The notes under the pieces are model-generated. The model ran no database searches. It was not told where the DNA came from and was given only the letters and a program-made list of their open reading frames with translations. Shown piece after piece: positions 30,659-41,180 of a DNA stretch of 64,000 bases. The DNA is from Desulfomonilia bacterium (GTDB lineage Bacteria; Desulfobacterota; Desulfomonilia; UBA1062). Location: positions 117,143 to 181,142 of the forward strand of contig JBEKDT010000010.1 of assembly GCA_050014195.1 (NCBI GenBank), written 5' to 3'. A program made the translations under genes and the position numbers. Within the stretch, counting starts at the first letter, position 1, and every line of letters begins with the position of its first letter.

Positions 30659-30853
30659 CTAGTGTTCGTCTGGAAGGTGCTGCTTTATTCTTTCAAGAAG
30701 TTCTCCGATCTCTTTCTCTCGGGCTTTCAAGTAATCTCGATACTCGAATGACATCCGAGCGTGGTGGATCTCAATACGAGTAGATACTTCTTCCCGGTTC
30801 AGCAGCATCTTTAACAATGATAATTCTTCCTTTGTGACTTCCAGGGCTATCAT
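30659..30853 (-). CDS. Small helical hypothetical protein
   Basis: AAGGAGG RBS before ATG 30853; 64 aa. Confidence 0.65.
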   Translation of the reverse strand: MIALEVTKEELSLLKMLLNREEVSTRIEIHHARMSFEYRDYLKAREKEIGELLERIKQHLPDEH

Positions 30854-31052
30854 GGCAACCTCCTTCATTTATTTAAGGTAATGACCGTTCATGGAGGAGT
30901 CAAGTCCCTGAGTCGGGTAAATAAGCATTCCTGATGGAATTAAAGCTCATCATGACACTATTCATAAAGAGACAAATATAGTATAGCGTCAGCTTATCTG
31001 GCATATTAAGTTTAAGCCAGTAAATTCCGATATTCTGCACGAAGGTTGCACC

Positions 31053-33308
31053 ATGGCTGACATGCGCTACAGGCAAATTCTTGAGGACATGGAGGAGGGC
31101 TATTACGAGATCGACTTAGCCGGTACCTTCACGTTCGTTAATAAGATTGTCTGCAAAATCTCAGAACTATCTGAAGAAGAAATCATTGGGTTGAATTATG
31201 CGGAGTACACCACCAAGGCTACTGCAAAGCGTGTCTTTAAGACATTCAGCAAGGTTTACCAGACAGGGATACCTCAGAGAATAGAATATGAGATCATCCT
31301 GAAGGACAACACACGGAAGGTCATTGAAAATTCCATCAACCTTAACAGAGACAGCAATCATACTATCATCGGCTTCTGCGGACTGGTGACTGACATAACG
31401 AAACGAAAACGCTTGGAAGAACAGCTCAGAGAAAACAGAGAGAGGTTCGAGGCCCTCTTTGAGAACGCAAATGAACTCATTATTACCACTGACGCTCTCG
31501 GATACATCAAACGTCTGAATAAGAAGGTCGAAGATATCTCCGGTTATTCGAGAAACGAGCTCATAGGCAAGAGTATTCTGGTCATTGCACATCCCGATGA
31601 CAGGCAAATCTATATTAATTTCTGGCAACAACTCCTGGAAGGCCAAACCCCAAGGCTTGAACTCAGGTCGGTTTCCAAAGAAGGCAAATCGGCATACCTC
31701 TTCGCAAGTGGTAGCGTGCTGCGTAAAGGTGGAAAAATCGTCGAAGTGCAGTATAATGCCCAGGAGATCTCGTCACTGAAAAATGCACAACAGACCATCG
31801 AAGATCTGAAGAACCTCTTGAGCAGCATTTTTGAGTCGAGCCCGAACATGATCATCTGCCTGGACTGCTCAGGAAAGGTCCAGATGGCCAACCCGATAAC
31901 CGAGCGGATCTTCCATAAACCCGTATCTGCCATCATCGGCAAGGGAATTTCTTCCCTCAGTCCTCAAATGGCATCCTTTGAAAAGATCATTCAGGCGGTA
32001 CAGAAGGAACGCTCCCCACAATTTCTGCATGAGGAAATCCTTGCCCAGAATTCCAACACGGTATTCGATGTAAACATCTACCCGCTCATGAATCCGTCCC
32101 TAGGCGGGGTTGTGTTCACTGCTGTGGATATTTCGGATAAGAAGCATATGGAACTCCAGCTCATCCATGCACAAAAGATGGAGACTATCGGTGAGCTCGC
32201 AGGTGGTGTTGCTCATGACTTCAATAATATCCTTACCGGGATTACCGGCAATATATCCATGCTGAAATACACCAAGGATGAAAAGAAGAGGCTTCATTAC
32301 ATCGATACGTTGGAGAATATTGCCGATAGGGCACGGGACCTCATTCAGCAGATGCTCGCCTTCACGAAAAGGCATGACGGTAAACCCGAGCACATATCTT
32401 TGGGGCAGGTGATCCGTGAGGTCATTAATATGTCCATAAAGTCGATTCCAAAGAATATCAGGATCGACTATAGTGCAAAAGAAAAGGATTATGCTGTATT
32501 TATTGACCACACGCACCTTACACAGGTATTGCTCAATCTGATCGTAAATGCCAAAGATGCCATTGGAGATAATCAGGAAGGCCGTATCATGATCTCCATG
32601 AGTCCGATACATGTGGATAAAGATACAAAAAGGCAGTTCCTCCTCGGCTCGATCGGCAAGTATATACGGATAGACGTTGTCGACAACGGGTTCGGCATGA
32701 CTCATGAGATCCTTCCCAAGATATTCGACCCCTTTTTCAGCACCAAGCAGAAAGGACCGGACAAGGGCACAGGGCTCGGGTTGTCGATAGCATATAATAT
32801 TGTCAAGAATGCCGGTGGAAGCATTCAGGTCAGTTCCACTGAGGGAAAAGGATCGACTTTCAGCGTCTTGCTGCCTATATCCAAGCAGAAAGAAAAGGCA
32901 TTGCCTCTCGAGTACAAAGCGGCACAGGGCGTGTCCAAACACAAAGCAAGGATTCTCATTGTTGATGATGAAGACATGCTCAGGGATATCGGAAAAGAGA
33001 TGCTCAATCTGCTTGGCCATACGGTGGAGACGGCATCCAACGGGTATGAGTGTATGGAGATCCTCAAGAATGACGATCAAGGATTTGATCTTATCATCCT
33101 TGATATGATCATGCCCGGACTGGACGGTTATCATACACTCATAGAGATGGAGAAGCACAAAATAGATACAAGGGTCGTCATCTCATCAGGGTTCTCCTTT
33201 GAGCATGAAAAGCAAGACTTCCTCTCAAATCCGCTTATCGTAGCGAAGTTGAACAAGCCCTTCAATTTAGACGAACTATCACACATACTTGAGGAAGCGC
33301 TTGCATAG
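31053..33308 (+). CDS. Multi-PAS hybrid histidine kinase/receiver
   Basis: AHDFNN, NLIVNAKDA, GTGLGL; receiver LIVDD...LDMIMP. Confidence 0.93.
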   Translation: MADMRYRQILEDMEEGYYEIDLAGTFTFVNKIVCKISELSEEEIIGLNYAEYTTKATAKRVFKTFSKVYQTGIPQRIEYEIILKDNTRKVIENSINLNRDSNHTIIGFCGLVTDITKRKRLEEQLRENRERFEALFENANELIITTDALGYIKRLNKKVEDISGYSRNELIGKSILVIAHPDDRQIYINFWQQLLEGQTPRLELRSVSKEGKSAYLFASGSVLRKGGKIVEVQYNAQEISSLKNAQQTIEDLKNLLSSIFESSPNMIICLDCSGKVQMANPITERIFHKPVSAIIGKGISSLSPQMASFEKIIQAVQKERSPQFLHEEILAQNSNTVFDVNIYPLMNPSLGGVVFTAVDISDKKHMELQLIHAQKMETIGELAGGVAHDFNNILTGITGNISMLKYTKDEKKRLHYIDTLENIADRARDLIQQMLAFTKRHDGKPEHISLGQVIREVINMSIKSIPKNIRIDYSAKEKDYAVFIDHTHLTQVLLNLIVNAKDAIGDNQEGRIMISMSPIHVDKDTKRQFLLGSIGKYIRIDVVDNGFGMTHEILPKIFDPFFSTKQKGPDKGTGLGLSIAYNIVKNAGGSIQVSSTEGKGSTFSVLLPISKQKEKALPLEYKAAQGVSKHKARILIVDDEDMLRDIGKEMLNLLGHTVETASNGYECMEILKNDDQGFDLIILDMIMPGLDGYHTLIEMEKHKIDTRVVISSGFSFEHEKQDFLSNPLIVAKLNKPFNLDELSHILEEALA

Positions 33309-33430
33309 AGTGGACAGTGACCTGTGATCAGTGAACAGAATCATTCACTAATTACTGAAAATAACCCATGTATTGACCTAGTCAGAATCAGATGTTCTTT
33401 ACGATCACTGGTCACTTTTCACTGATCACT
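33309..33430. repeat. Inverted 7-bp arrays
   Basis: AGTGGAC AGTGACC TGTGATC AGTGAAC (33309-33336) and ATCACTG GTCACTT TTCACTG ATCACT (33403-33429). Confidence 0.75.
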
Positions 33431-33535
33431 TTTTTGACCGGCTCATCTTCCCTTCCGCCTATGCCGATATTATCATTAGGCTTAAGAAATATGAATCTGC
33501 CCGATTCTGCTTTTACAGGTTCGGGGGCACAAGTC

Positions 33536-35065
33536 ATGGCATATAATAAAGACTTCGACAATTTATTCTTTGAAGACCTGTTTGAAAACTCTACGGCCAT
33601 GTCTGTCGTAACAGACAAAAACGGCATGCTCATGAAGGTGAACAAGAGAGCACTGGATATCCTTATCGATCAGGATCACGACATTGGTAAGGTGATTGGA
33701 AGAAACATCCTTGAATTCATCCACAAGGACGACAGACCAAAGGTCATAGAGCTTTGGAAAAAGAGTGTAGCGGAACAGAAGGAAATCAATTACGAACTCC
33801 GCATGACCTCGATCGAAGGTCATGTCATGTATTTTCTCATCAGCGGAAGACCCATTATAAGGGATGGGAAGGTTGTCCTGTTTCATTACCAGGCCCTTGA
33901 CATAATCGACCGGAAGGTTCAGGAGCAGAACCTCCTGCAGTCCGCAAGTGCTGAAATCCTGGCCCAGATCGCAGGCGGATTTGCTCATGACTTTAACAAC
34001 CTGCTGACGGTGATCAATGGGTATTCCGAGATTATGAAGATGTCTATCGATGAAAGCAACCCTTTGCATCATAAGATCAGTCAGATCTGCCAGGCTGGGA
34101 AACAGGCTTCAGTTCTTACCAAAAGGATGCTGGATTTCAGCAGAAGAAACAAAACCGATGCGAAGCCGCTCGATGTCAACACCGAGATAAGCAATCAGGA
34201 AAACATCATCAAACATATCATCGGTGAAAATATCAATCTGATTTTCGCAGAGACCCCAGGACTCGCACCAGTTACCATTGAGCCTTCCCAATTTGCTACT
34301 CTGCTGATCAACCTCACGGTAAATGCAAAGGAGGCAATGCCCGGAGGTGGAGAAATAACTATTGGAACCGACAAATTAATTGTAAATGCTGCGAATGAAG
34401 AAATGTACCTCCAGGCACCCCATGGGGATTACCTGCTCTTCACGGTAAAAGACACGGGAGAAGGCATGACTCAAGGGGTCAAGCGGCAAATTTTCGATTC
34501 TTTCTTCTCTACCCGCGAAGGTGGTAAAGGCATCGGTTTGTGGACAGTTAAGAACATCGTAAGCGCGGCTCGGGGATTTATCTTCGTAGACTCCGAGCCG
34601 GGATTGGGAACAACATTCTCGATATTGCTTCCCTCCTCGTCTCCGGAAACAAAAACCGAGCAAGTTCAAACAAGACACGCTGAGCCTGTTGAGTTTCCTC
34701 CCACGTCTAAGACCATCCTTATTGTTGAAGATGATGACACCGTACGGGATCTTGTGAGTGAAGTGCTGAAGCAGCAAGGCCACATAATCTTGACCGCCCG
34801 CAACGGAGGTGACGCGCTCCAGCTTGCTAGGCAGTTCGAAGGCCATATCGATCTCCTCATAACAGACATGGTCATGCGCAGGATTGACGGGAAGATGCTG
34901 TCCAGAAAGATAAAGTCCATCTGGCCTCACATTAAGGTCATGTTCATGTCCGGTTACGGTGGGGATGTGATTAATAATGATGATCTTAAAGAGAATGTGT
35001 TTCTCCCGAAACCGTTCCTGCCACAGGACCTTATTGATAAGGTCAGGTCCGTATTTCAGGGATGA
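33536..35065 (+). CDS. PAS hybrid histidine kinase/receiver
   Basis: AHDFNNLL, NAKEAMP, GIGL; receiver VEDD...TDMVM; probable start MAYNK. Confidence 0.9.
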   Translation: MAYNKDFDNLFFEDLFENSTAMSVVTDKNGMLMKVNKRALDILIDQDHDIGKVIGRNILEFIHKDDRPKVIELWKKSVAEQKEINYELRMTSIEGHVMYFLISGRPIIRDGKVVLFHYQALDIIDRKVQEQNLLQSASAEILAQIAGGFAHDFNNLLTVINGYSEIMKMSIDESNPLHHKISQICQAGKQASVLTKRMLDFSRRNKTDAKPLDVNTEISNQENIIKHIIGENINLIFAETPGLAPVTIEPSQFATLLINLTVNAKEAMPGGGEITIGTDKLIVNAANEEMYLQAPHGDYLLFTVKDTGEGMTQGVKRQIFDSFFSTREGGKGIGLWTVKNIVSAARGFIFVDSEPGLGTTFSILLPSSSPETKTEQVQTRHAEPVEFPPTSKTILIVEDDDTVRDLVSEVLKQQGHIILTARNGGDALQLARQFEGHIDLLITDMVMRRIDGKMLSRKIKSIWPHIKVMFMSGYGGDVINNDDLKENVFLPKPFLPQDLIDKVRSVFQG

Positions 35066-35137
35066 GTTTTCGTGACGAGTAACTATTCATGCATACTGGC
35101 TTCTGCATTCTAAGCCGAAAGCTGATCAGGCAGGGTA

Positions 35138-35827
35138 TTATCTCGTAATGCACTTTCCTACGAATGAACCGACTTCGGTGGCAAGAGCTGCCATCTCATC
35201 ATTTGAAAATGAGGATTTCCTTGCGTATGCCCTGTCAAGATGTTTCGAAGAGACAAATTTCTGGAGCACATACCGCTTAGAGCCTTTAATCATCTTTGCA
35301 ATTTTTAAAACATCCCCCGAACCCAGCAATGAATTTACCAGGGTGGTACGGAACTCATAGGCAATGTCTGATTCTATGATCATTGCTATGCTTTTCTTTA
35401 TATGCGTTATGTTTACGAGTGATCCCGCAACGTGAGAATATTTATCCCAAGGCGCCTTGATGTCCATTGCTAAATAATCCAGGAGGTTTTTATCAAGTGC
35501 CTCCTGAATAACCTTGGGCCTGGAGCCGTTGGTGTCAAGCTTTACCAGGTATCCCATGGATTTTACCCTATGCATGAACCCTATGAGGCCTGATTGTAAT
35601 GTTGGTTCACCGCCGGTTATGACAACGGCATCGAGCTTTCCTCTTCGCTTTTCCAGATAAGAGTACACATCTTCCATGAGGATAATATTGCAATATCGAT
35701 CCGGATCAACGAGCTCAGGGTTGTGGCAGTAAGGACATCGGAAATTACACCCTTGCATGAAAACTACCGCACTGATCTTCCCTGGATAATCTATAAACGA
35801 TGTCTTCTGGACGTAACCGATCTTCAT
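35138..35827 (-). CDS. nrdG: Anaerobic RNR activating radical-SAM enzyme
   Basis: SFIDYPG, CNFRCPYCHN, GGEPT, DTNG; close to nrdD. Confidence 0.9.
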   Translation of the reverse strand: MKIGYVQKTSFIDYPGKISAVVFMQGCNFRCPYCHNPELVDPDRYCNIILMEDVYSYLEKRRGKLDAVVITGGEPTLQSGLIGFMHRVKSMGYLVKLDTNGSRPKVIQEALDKNLLDYLAMDIKAPWDKYSHVAGSLVNITHIKKSIAMIIESDIAYEFRTTLVNSLLGSGDVLKIAKMIKGSKRYVLQKFVSSKHLDRAYARKSSFSNDEMAALATEVGSFVGKCITR

Positions 35828-36071
35828 GGATATATCACCATCATGAAAAGGTGCCTCAGGATCGTGCCTATGTCAAATGGTTCCTTAAGTTATTCGGATA
35901 ATATTTGACTGAGGCCAAGAACCTCTTTTTGGGGGGCTTATAGTCTTAAAAAAAACATCTTCCTTGATTTATCCGTGCATCCGGTTAATTATATTATAGT
36001 AATATGAGTTGCATGTTCAAGATATCTATACGAAATGACGATTCTATTGTCATGGAGGAATAAGACCCATC

Positions 36072-36455
36072 ATGGCAAAGGCACGAATTCTCATCATGGA
36101 TGATGAGGAACTTATTCTTGATGTCGTGAGCAGTATGCTTGAATACCTGGGATATGAGGTCGAGGTTTCCAAAAACGGGCAAGAGGCGCTTGGAAAGTAT
36201 CATGCCGCCATGCAGACAGGAAATCCCTTTGGTGCGGTAATCATGGATCTCACCATACCCGGAAGCCAAGGGGGCAAAGAGGTGATTCAGGATCTGTTGA
36301 AACTTGACCCTTCAGTAAGTGCGATTGTTTCCAGCGGGTACTCCAATGATCCTATCATGTCAAACTGCACGGAGTATGGTTTCAAGGGTGTTGTTAAGAA
36401 GCCGTTCAAGATGGAAGAGCTCAAAGAGGTTATCGAACAAACCTTGAAAGCCTGA
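36072..36455 (+). CDS. Single-domain response regulator
   Basis: ILIMDDE, MDLTIP, SSGYS, KPF. Confidence 0.9.
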   Translation: MAKARILIMDDEELILDVVSSMLEYLGYEVEVSKNGQEALGKYHAAMQTGNPFGAVIMDLTIPGSQGGKEVIQDLLKLDPSVSAIVSSGYSNDPIMSNCTEYGFKGVVKKPFKMEELKEVIEQTLKA

Positions 36456-36562
36456 TAGACAAGAGTTACGATAAAAGGCACCAAGCTTGAGGGTTATAGC
36501 ACCAAATCAAGGGAATTTCTTCCCTAACCCGGCACTAGAACCCAATGCCCAGTGTCCATCTT

Positions 36563-38776
36563 TTATACCTGACGTAAGCTCTCCCCCTTGCTTCCTGTCG
36601 AAGGCGGTATAATGTCGGCAGTGCCCGGTGATTGAGCCGCCTTTACTTTATTGACCCGGCTCAAAACGAGCTCTTCGGGGTGAACAGCCTTCTCGACACG
36701 GAAGGACTTTCTCTGGATGAATTCCTCCTTCTTGCCGTTATTCCACTGGGCTACAGGTCTCAGGTAGCCCACAACGCGCGAATAAACCTCTGTGGTCTCA
36801 CCACAGTCAGGACATTGCGGATGGTTGCCTGTGAGGTATCCATGGCCGGGGCATACACTGAATGTGGGGCTGAATGTGAAGTAGGGGATTTTGTATCCGA
36901 GGCAGATCTTTTTGACGAGATGCTTGATCACCTCATGGTCATCCACACGCTCACCGGCATAGAGGTGCAAGACGGTTCCGCCGGTATACTTGGTCTGGAT
37001 CTCATCCTGGAGATCCAGTGCTTCGAATATGTCATCCGTATAGTTCACCGGGAGCTGGGAAGAGTTCGTATAGTAAGGCTCATGGCCTGCCCTGTATGCA
37101 TCTTCATTGGCACAGATGATGTCAGAGTAAGCCTTCTTGTCGATCCGCGCCATCCGGTATGACGTCCCTTCGGCAGGTGTGGCCTCGAAATTGTAATTAT
37201 TGCCGGTCTTTTCCTGGAGAAGAAGCAGTTTGTGCCTTATGAAATCCGAAACCCTCAACGCAAAGGTGCGCCCCTGATCGGTGCCGATGTCCTTACCGAA
37301 AAGGTTTATACAGGCCTCATTCATACCCAAAATGCCTATTGTTGAAAAATGATTCTTCCAGTACTCACCGAACTTTTTTTTCATCCCCGTTAAATAATAC
37401 TTTGTATATGGGTAGAGGTTGCTCTCCGTAAAGCTCTCCAGGACCTTGCGCTTGATCTCCAGGCTCGTGCTGCCAATGTCTATGAGCGCCTCAAGCCTGC
37501 TCATGAACTCAGTCTCGCTCGTGCTCAAGTAGCCGAGCCTGGGCAGGTTGATGGTCACCACGCCGATGGAGCCGGTGAGCGGGTTGGATCCGAATAAGCC
37601 GCCTCCCCTTTTCACCAGCTCCCTGTTGTCGATCCTAAGCCTGCAGCACATGCTCCTGGCATCGCCAGGGTCCATGTCCGAGTTGATAAAATTGGAGAAA
37701 TAGGGAACCCCGTATTTCGCAGTCATCTCCCACAGACCGGTCAGGTTTGTGTTGTCCCAGTCGAAATTGGATGTGATGTTATAGGTGGGTATGGGGAACG
37801 TGAACACCCTTCCCTTTGCATCACCTGCGGCCATAACCTCTACGAAGGCCCTGTTGAACATGTCCATCTCTTGTTGAAACTCACTGTAGGTAGCCTCCTG
37901 GGTCTTTCCTCCGATGACCACACCCTGGTCTTTATAGTGTGCCGGCACATCGAGATCCAGAGTAACATTGGTGAACGGTGTCTGGAAACCTACCCTGGTG
38001 GGCACATTGATATTGAATATGAATTCCTGCAGGGCCTGTTTCACCTGGAGATAATCGAGGCTGTCATAGCGTATGAAGGGAGCCAGCAGGGTGTCAAAGT
38101 TGGAGAAGGCCTGCGCGCCGGCTGCTTCACCCTGGAGGGTGTAGAAGAAATTCACGATCTGCCCGAGAGCGGTGCGAAAATGCTTGGCCGGCTTGCTCTC
38201 AACCTTGCCGGCTGCGCCTTTGAACCCCTGGAGAAGAAGATCGTAGAGGTCCCAGCCCACGCAATAGACCGAGATTATATTAAGGTCGTGTATGTGAAAG
38301 TCGCCGCCTGAATGTGCATTCCTCACCTCCGGCGGATAGATCTTATTGAGCCAGTAGAGCTTGCTGATCTCGGATGAGAGGTAGTTGTTGAGGCCCTGGA
38401 GAGAGAAGGCCATGTTGCTGTTTTCATTTACCTGCCAGTCGAGCTTATCCAGGTACTGGTCTATGAGATCGACCCCCATGCCCGCCTTTATCTCGCGTAT
38501 TTTGGCATGCTGATCCCGGTAGATGATATATGCCTTGGCCGTTTTCCTGTGCATAGACTGGAGGAGCACCTCCTCCACGATGTCCTGGATTGCCTCCACT
38601 GTGGGTATGTCTTTCACGGTCTGTTCAGAAATGGAGAGGACCTTGATCATCAGTTTATGGGCCATGCCCTCATCGAATTCTTCGGTGGCCCTGCCTGCCT
38701 TGGCAATGGCCGATGTTATCTTGGAAGCATCAAAAGAAACTATCCTGCCGTCTCTTTTCCTGATGGTGGTGAACAT
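36563..38776 (-). CDS. nrdD: Class III ribonucleotide reductase with ATP-cone
   Basis: IRKRDG ATP-cone, SMCCRL, TPAEG, Zn site, SRVVGYL glycyl-radical loop. Confidence 0.95.
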   Translation of the reverse strand: MFTTIRKRDGRIVSFDASKITSAIAKAGRATEEFDEGMAHKLMIKVLSISEQTVKDIPTVEAIQDIVEEVLLQSMHRKTAKAYIIYRDQHAKIREIKAGMGVDLIDQYLDKLDWQVNENSNMAFSLQGLNNYLSSEISKLYWLNKIYPPEVRNAHSGGDFHIHDLNIISVYCVGWDLYDLLLQGFKGAAGKVESKPAKHFRTALGQIVNFFYTLQGEAAGAQAFSNFDTLLAPFIRYDSLDYLQVKQALQEFIFNINVPTRVGFQTPFTNVTLDLDVPAHYKDQGVVIGGKTQEATYSEFQQEMDMFNRAFVEVMAAGDAKGRVFTFPIPTYNITSNFDWDNTNLTGLWEMTAKYGVPYFSNFINSDMDPGDARSMCCRLRIDNRELVKRGGGLFGSNPLTGSIGVVTINLPRLGYLSTSETEFMSRLEALIDIGSTSLEIKRKVLESFTESNLYPYTKYYLTGMKKKFGEYWKNHFSTIGILGMNEACINLFGKDIGTDQGRTFALRVSDFIRHKLLLLQEKTGNNYNFEATPAEGTSYRMARIDKKAYSDIICANEDAYRAGHEPYYTNSSQLPVNYTDDIFEALDLQDEIQTKYTGGTVLHLYAGERVDDHEVIKHLVKKICLGYKIPYFTFSPTFSVCPGHGYLTGNHPQCPDCGETTEVYSRVVGYLRPVAQWNNGKKEEFIQRKSFRVEKAVHPEELVLSRVNKVKAAQSPGTADIIPPSTGSKGESLRQV

Positions 38777-38922
38777 TCGACTCCTCCTCTTAGACGTAAG
38801 AACTCATAAAAGTGTTTTAGGTCAGTGACACCTGCCGTTTTAAACGATCATAAACCTGTAATACGGCCCCACCTGTACTGCTGTTGTCGATATGACTTTC
38901 ATTCATGGAACGCAAATAGTAA

Positions 38923-38969
38923 ATACTATATGTAGTGTACGATGATTATCGTCATACTATATATAGATA
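38923..38969. promoter_or_regulatory. Tandem NrdR boxes upstream of nrdD
   Basis: ATACTATATGTAGTGT (38923-38938) and ATACTATATATAGATA (38954-38969), starts 31 bp apart; consensus acaCwAtATaTwGtgt. Confidence 0.88.
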
Positions 38970-39002
38970 TTAAATGGTGATTGCAAGGAGAAAAATACAA
39001 AT

Positions 39003-40811
39003 TTATTCTTTGTCTTCTTTGTACATCCCTTCGATCTCTGCAGCAAAATTTTTGCTGACGACCTTGCGCTTAATCTTGAGGGTTGGTGTGAGTTCACCCG
39101 TTTCAATACTGAATTCCTTGGGCAGGAGCGTAAACCTGCGGATCTGTTCAACCCGGGCATAATCCTTCATGAGGACTTTCAGCTTGTCTTCATAGAATGC
39201 CATAATCTCAGGCTTCTTTACGAGATCTTCATGAGAATTGAAGGAAATGCCCTGTTTATTGGCATAATTACTCAGTTCCTTAAAGTTCGGAACAATCAGG
39301 GCGCTTAGATATTTCTTGCCCTCGCCGATTAGAACTGATTGTTCGATGAACAGGTCGGATACAAGGGTGTTCTCGATATTCTGAGGTGCGATGTTCTTGG
39401 CGCCTGCGGTTATGATGATGTCTTTCTTGCGGTCCGTGATATACAGGCACCCGCGGGCATCTATTCTTCCTATGTCGCCGGTCAGGAACCAGCCGTCTTC
39501 TGTAAAGACCGCCTTTGTGTCGTCAGGTTTGTTGTAATAGCCTTTCATGACCTGGGGTCCTTTGATGAGAATCTCGCCGTCCTGGGCGATCTTAACCTGG
39601 GTATCCGGCAGTGCGGGGCCTACAGAACCGAACTCAAACACATCAAATCGGTTAACATTGGTAACCGGGCTCGTCTCGGTAAGCCCGTAGCCGTTGTGCA
39701 CTGCTATTCCTATGCCGTTGAAGAACCGGTCGATCTCAGTTGCAAGCGGCCCTCCTCCGCTGATGAATATCCTGATGCGGTCGAGGCCCAGGACTGACCT
39801 CATTTTTTTGAATACCAACGCCTCGGCGGCATCGTACTGGATTTTTATGATAGGGGGCATGGGCTTGTGTTGCACAATGTAGTCCACAGCCCTATCGGAG
39901 ACGGATACTGCCCATTCGAAGAGCTTTTTTTTCAGAGGCGGAGCCTTGGCGGTCTGAGTCTTTATGCCTGAATGGAGCTTTTCAAATAGCCGCGGCACGC
40001 TCACCACCAGGGTGGGTCTGATCTCCTGCATGTTCTCGAGTACGTTTGCAAAACTCTCTGCCAGGTTTATCACCGACCCGATGTGGATCATGAGGTAGAG
40101 GGATATAGTCCTGCCAAGAGAATGACTCCAGGGAAGCAGCGCCAATGATTCATCTTGGTGACTTATTATGGGATGCGAGGCATAAGCCTGCAGGACATTG
40201 GCCACAAAATTGCTGTGGGTGAGCATGACCCCTTTGGGTTGACCGGTCGTTCCGGATGTGTAGATGAGGGTGGCAAGATCATCCGGCTTGATGGCGCTCA
40301 TGCGCTCTTCGAACACGGATTTATCCTTAGTGGCATCACCGCGGCGCATAAGTTCATCGAAGCTGATGATAGAATCGTCATCCATATCAATCGGATCGAA
40401 GGTCACAATGTATTCAAGCGGCATGATCCTATTTTTCATGGACAGGATCCTGTTCAGGTGATCTTTGTCTGAAACAAAGACTACCTTGGTGTTTGAATCA
40501 TTGATGATATAGGCGGTCTCGGCACCGGAGTTGGTGGCATAGATGGGGGCATCCGAGGCCCCGATGGACAGTACGGCAAGGTCCGAAACCATCCACTGCC
40601 AGCAGTTCTCGGAAAAGATGCCGACCATGTCATTGGAGTTCACCCCCAGAGAGATAAGGCCCAGGCCCACCTTGGTAACCATGTTCTGCATCTCTCTCCA
40701 GCTGATGGGTGCATATCTACCCTCTTTCTTGAATCTCACACACGGCTCATACTGGTACTGCTCAGCCCTGTTGTGGAAAATACCGGCGATGTTTTTTTCA
40801 GAAAACCTCAT
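39003..40811 (-). CDS. Long-chain fatty acid-CoA ligase (AMP-forming)
   Basis: IYTSGTTGQPKG, GYGLTE, TGDIG, DRKKD, LTPTLKIKR. Confidence 0.92.
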   Translation of the reverse strand: MRFSEKNIAGIFHNRAEQYQYEPCVRFKKEGRYAPISWREMQNMVTKVGLGLISLGVNSNDMVGIFSENCWQWMVSDLAVLSIGASDAPIYATNSGAETAYIINDSNTKVVFVSDKDHLNRILSMKNRIMPLEYIVTFDPIDMDDDSIISFDELMRRGDATKDKSVFEERMSAIKPDDLATLIYTSGTTGQPKGVMLTHSNFVANVLQAYASHPIISHQDESLALLPWSHSLGRTISLYLMIHIGSVINLAESFANVLENMQEIRPTLVVSVPRLFEKLHSGIKTQTAKAPPLKKKLFEWAVSVSDRAVDYIVQHKPMPPIIKIQYDAAEALVFKKMRSVLGLDRIRIFISGGGPLATEIDRFFNGIGIAVHNGYGLTETSPVTNVNRFDVFEFGSVGPALPDTQVKIAQDGEILIKGPQVMKGYYNKPDDTKAVFTEDGWFLTGDIGRIDARGCLYITDRKKDIIITAGAKNIAPQNIENTLVSDLFIEQSVLIGEGKKYLSALIVPNFKELSNYANKQGISFNSHEDLVKKPEIMAFYEDKLKVLMKDYARVEQIRRFTLLPKEFSIETGELTPTLKIKRKVVSKNFAAEIEGMYKEDKE

Positions 40812-41180
40812 AGTAATCCTCCTTGCGTTTTCTTATGATGCACATGATTTCTCTTGATGCCTGATCCGATGGCTTGTCTTGAAGAAAGCCCTGTTCCTCT
40901 TACTCATAAATACGAAGAATGCTTATGCAAAGGCTGTGTGTTTGTGAGGGTATGTTCGCTGAAGCACACATATCCCGCTGTTCGTAATTACCCTTTAGAT
41001 TGTTATCCATGCCCCTCGTGCATCCCATGATCAAAATACGGACTTTCTATATATCATTTTCCAGGGATCAACAATCACTTTCACCTTGTATAAAGACCTA
41101 ATCAAGCATATGCAAAACACCCGCACATCCAATGAGGGAGAATAGTTGCGATAGATTGAGAAATTCACTATACTGAAAAA

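Noticed and set aside
38818-38907. 29-codon upstream ORF in the nrdD leader (MNESHIDN...)
   Set aside because: No RBS, codon enrichment or attenuator structure; the NrdR boxes already explain regulation.
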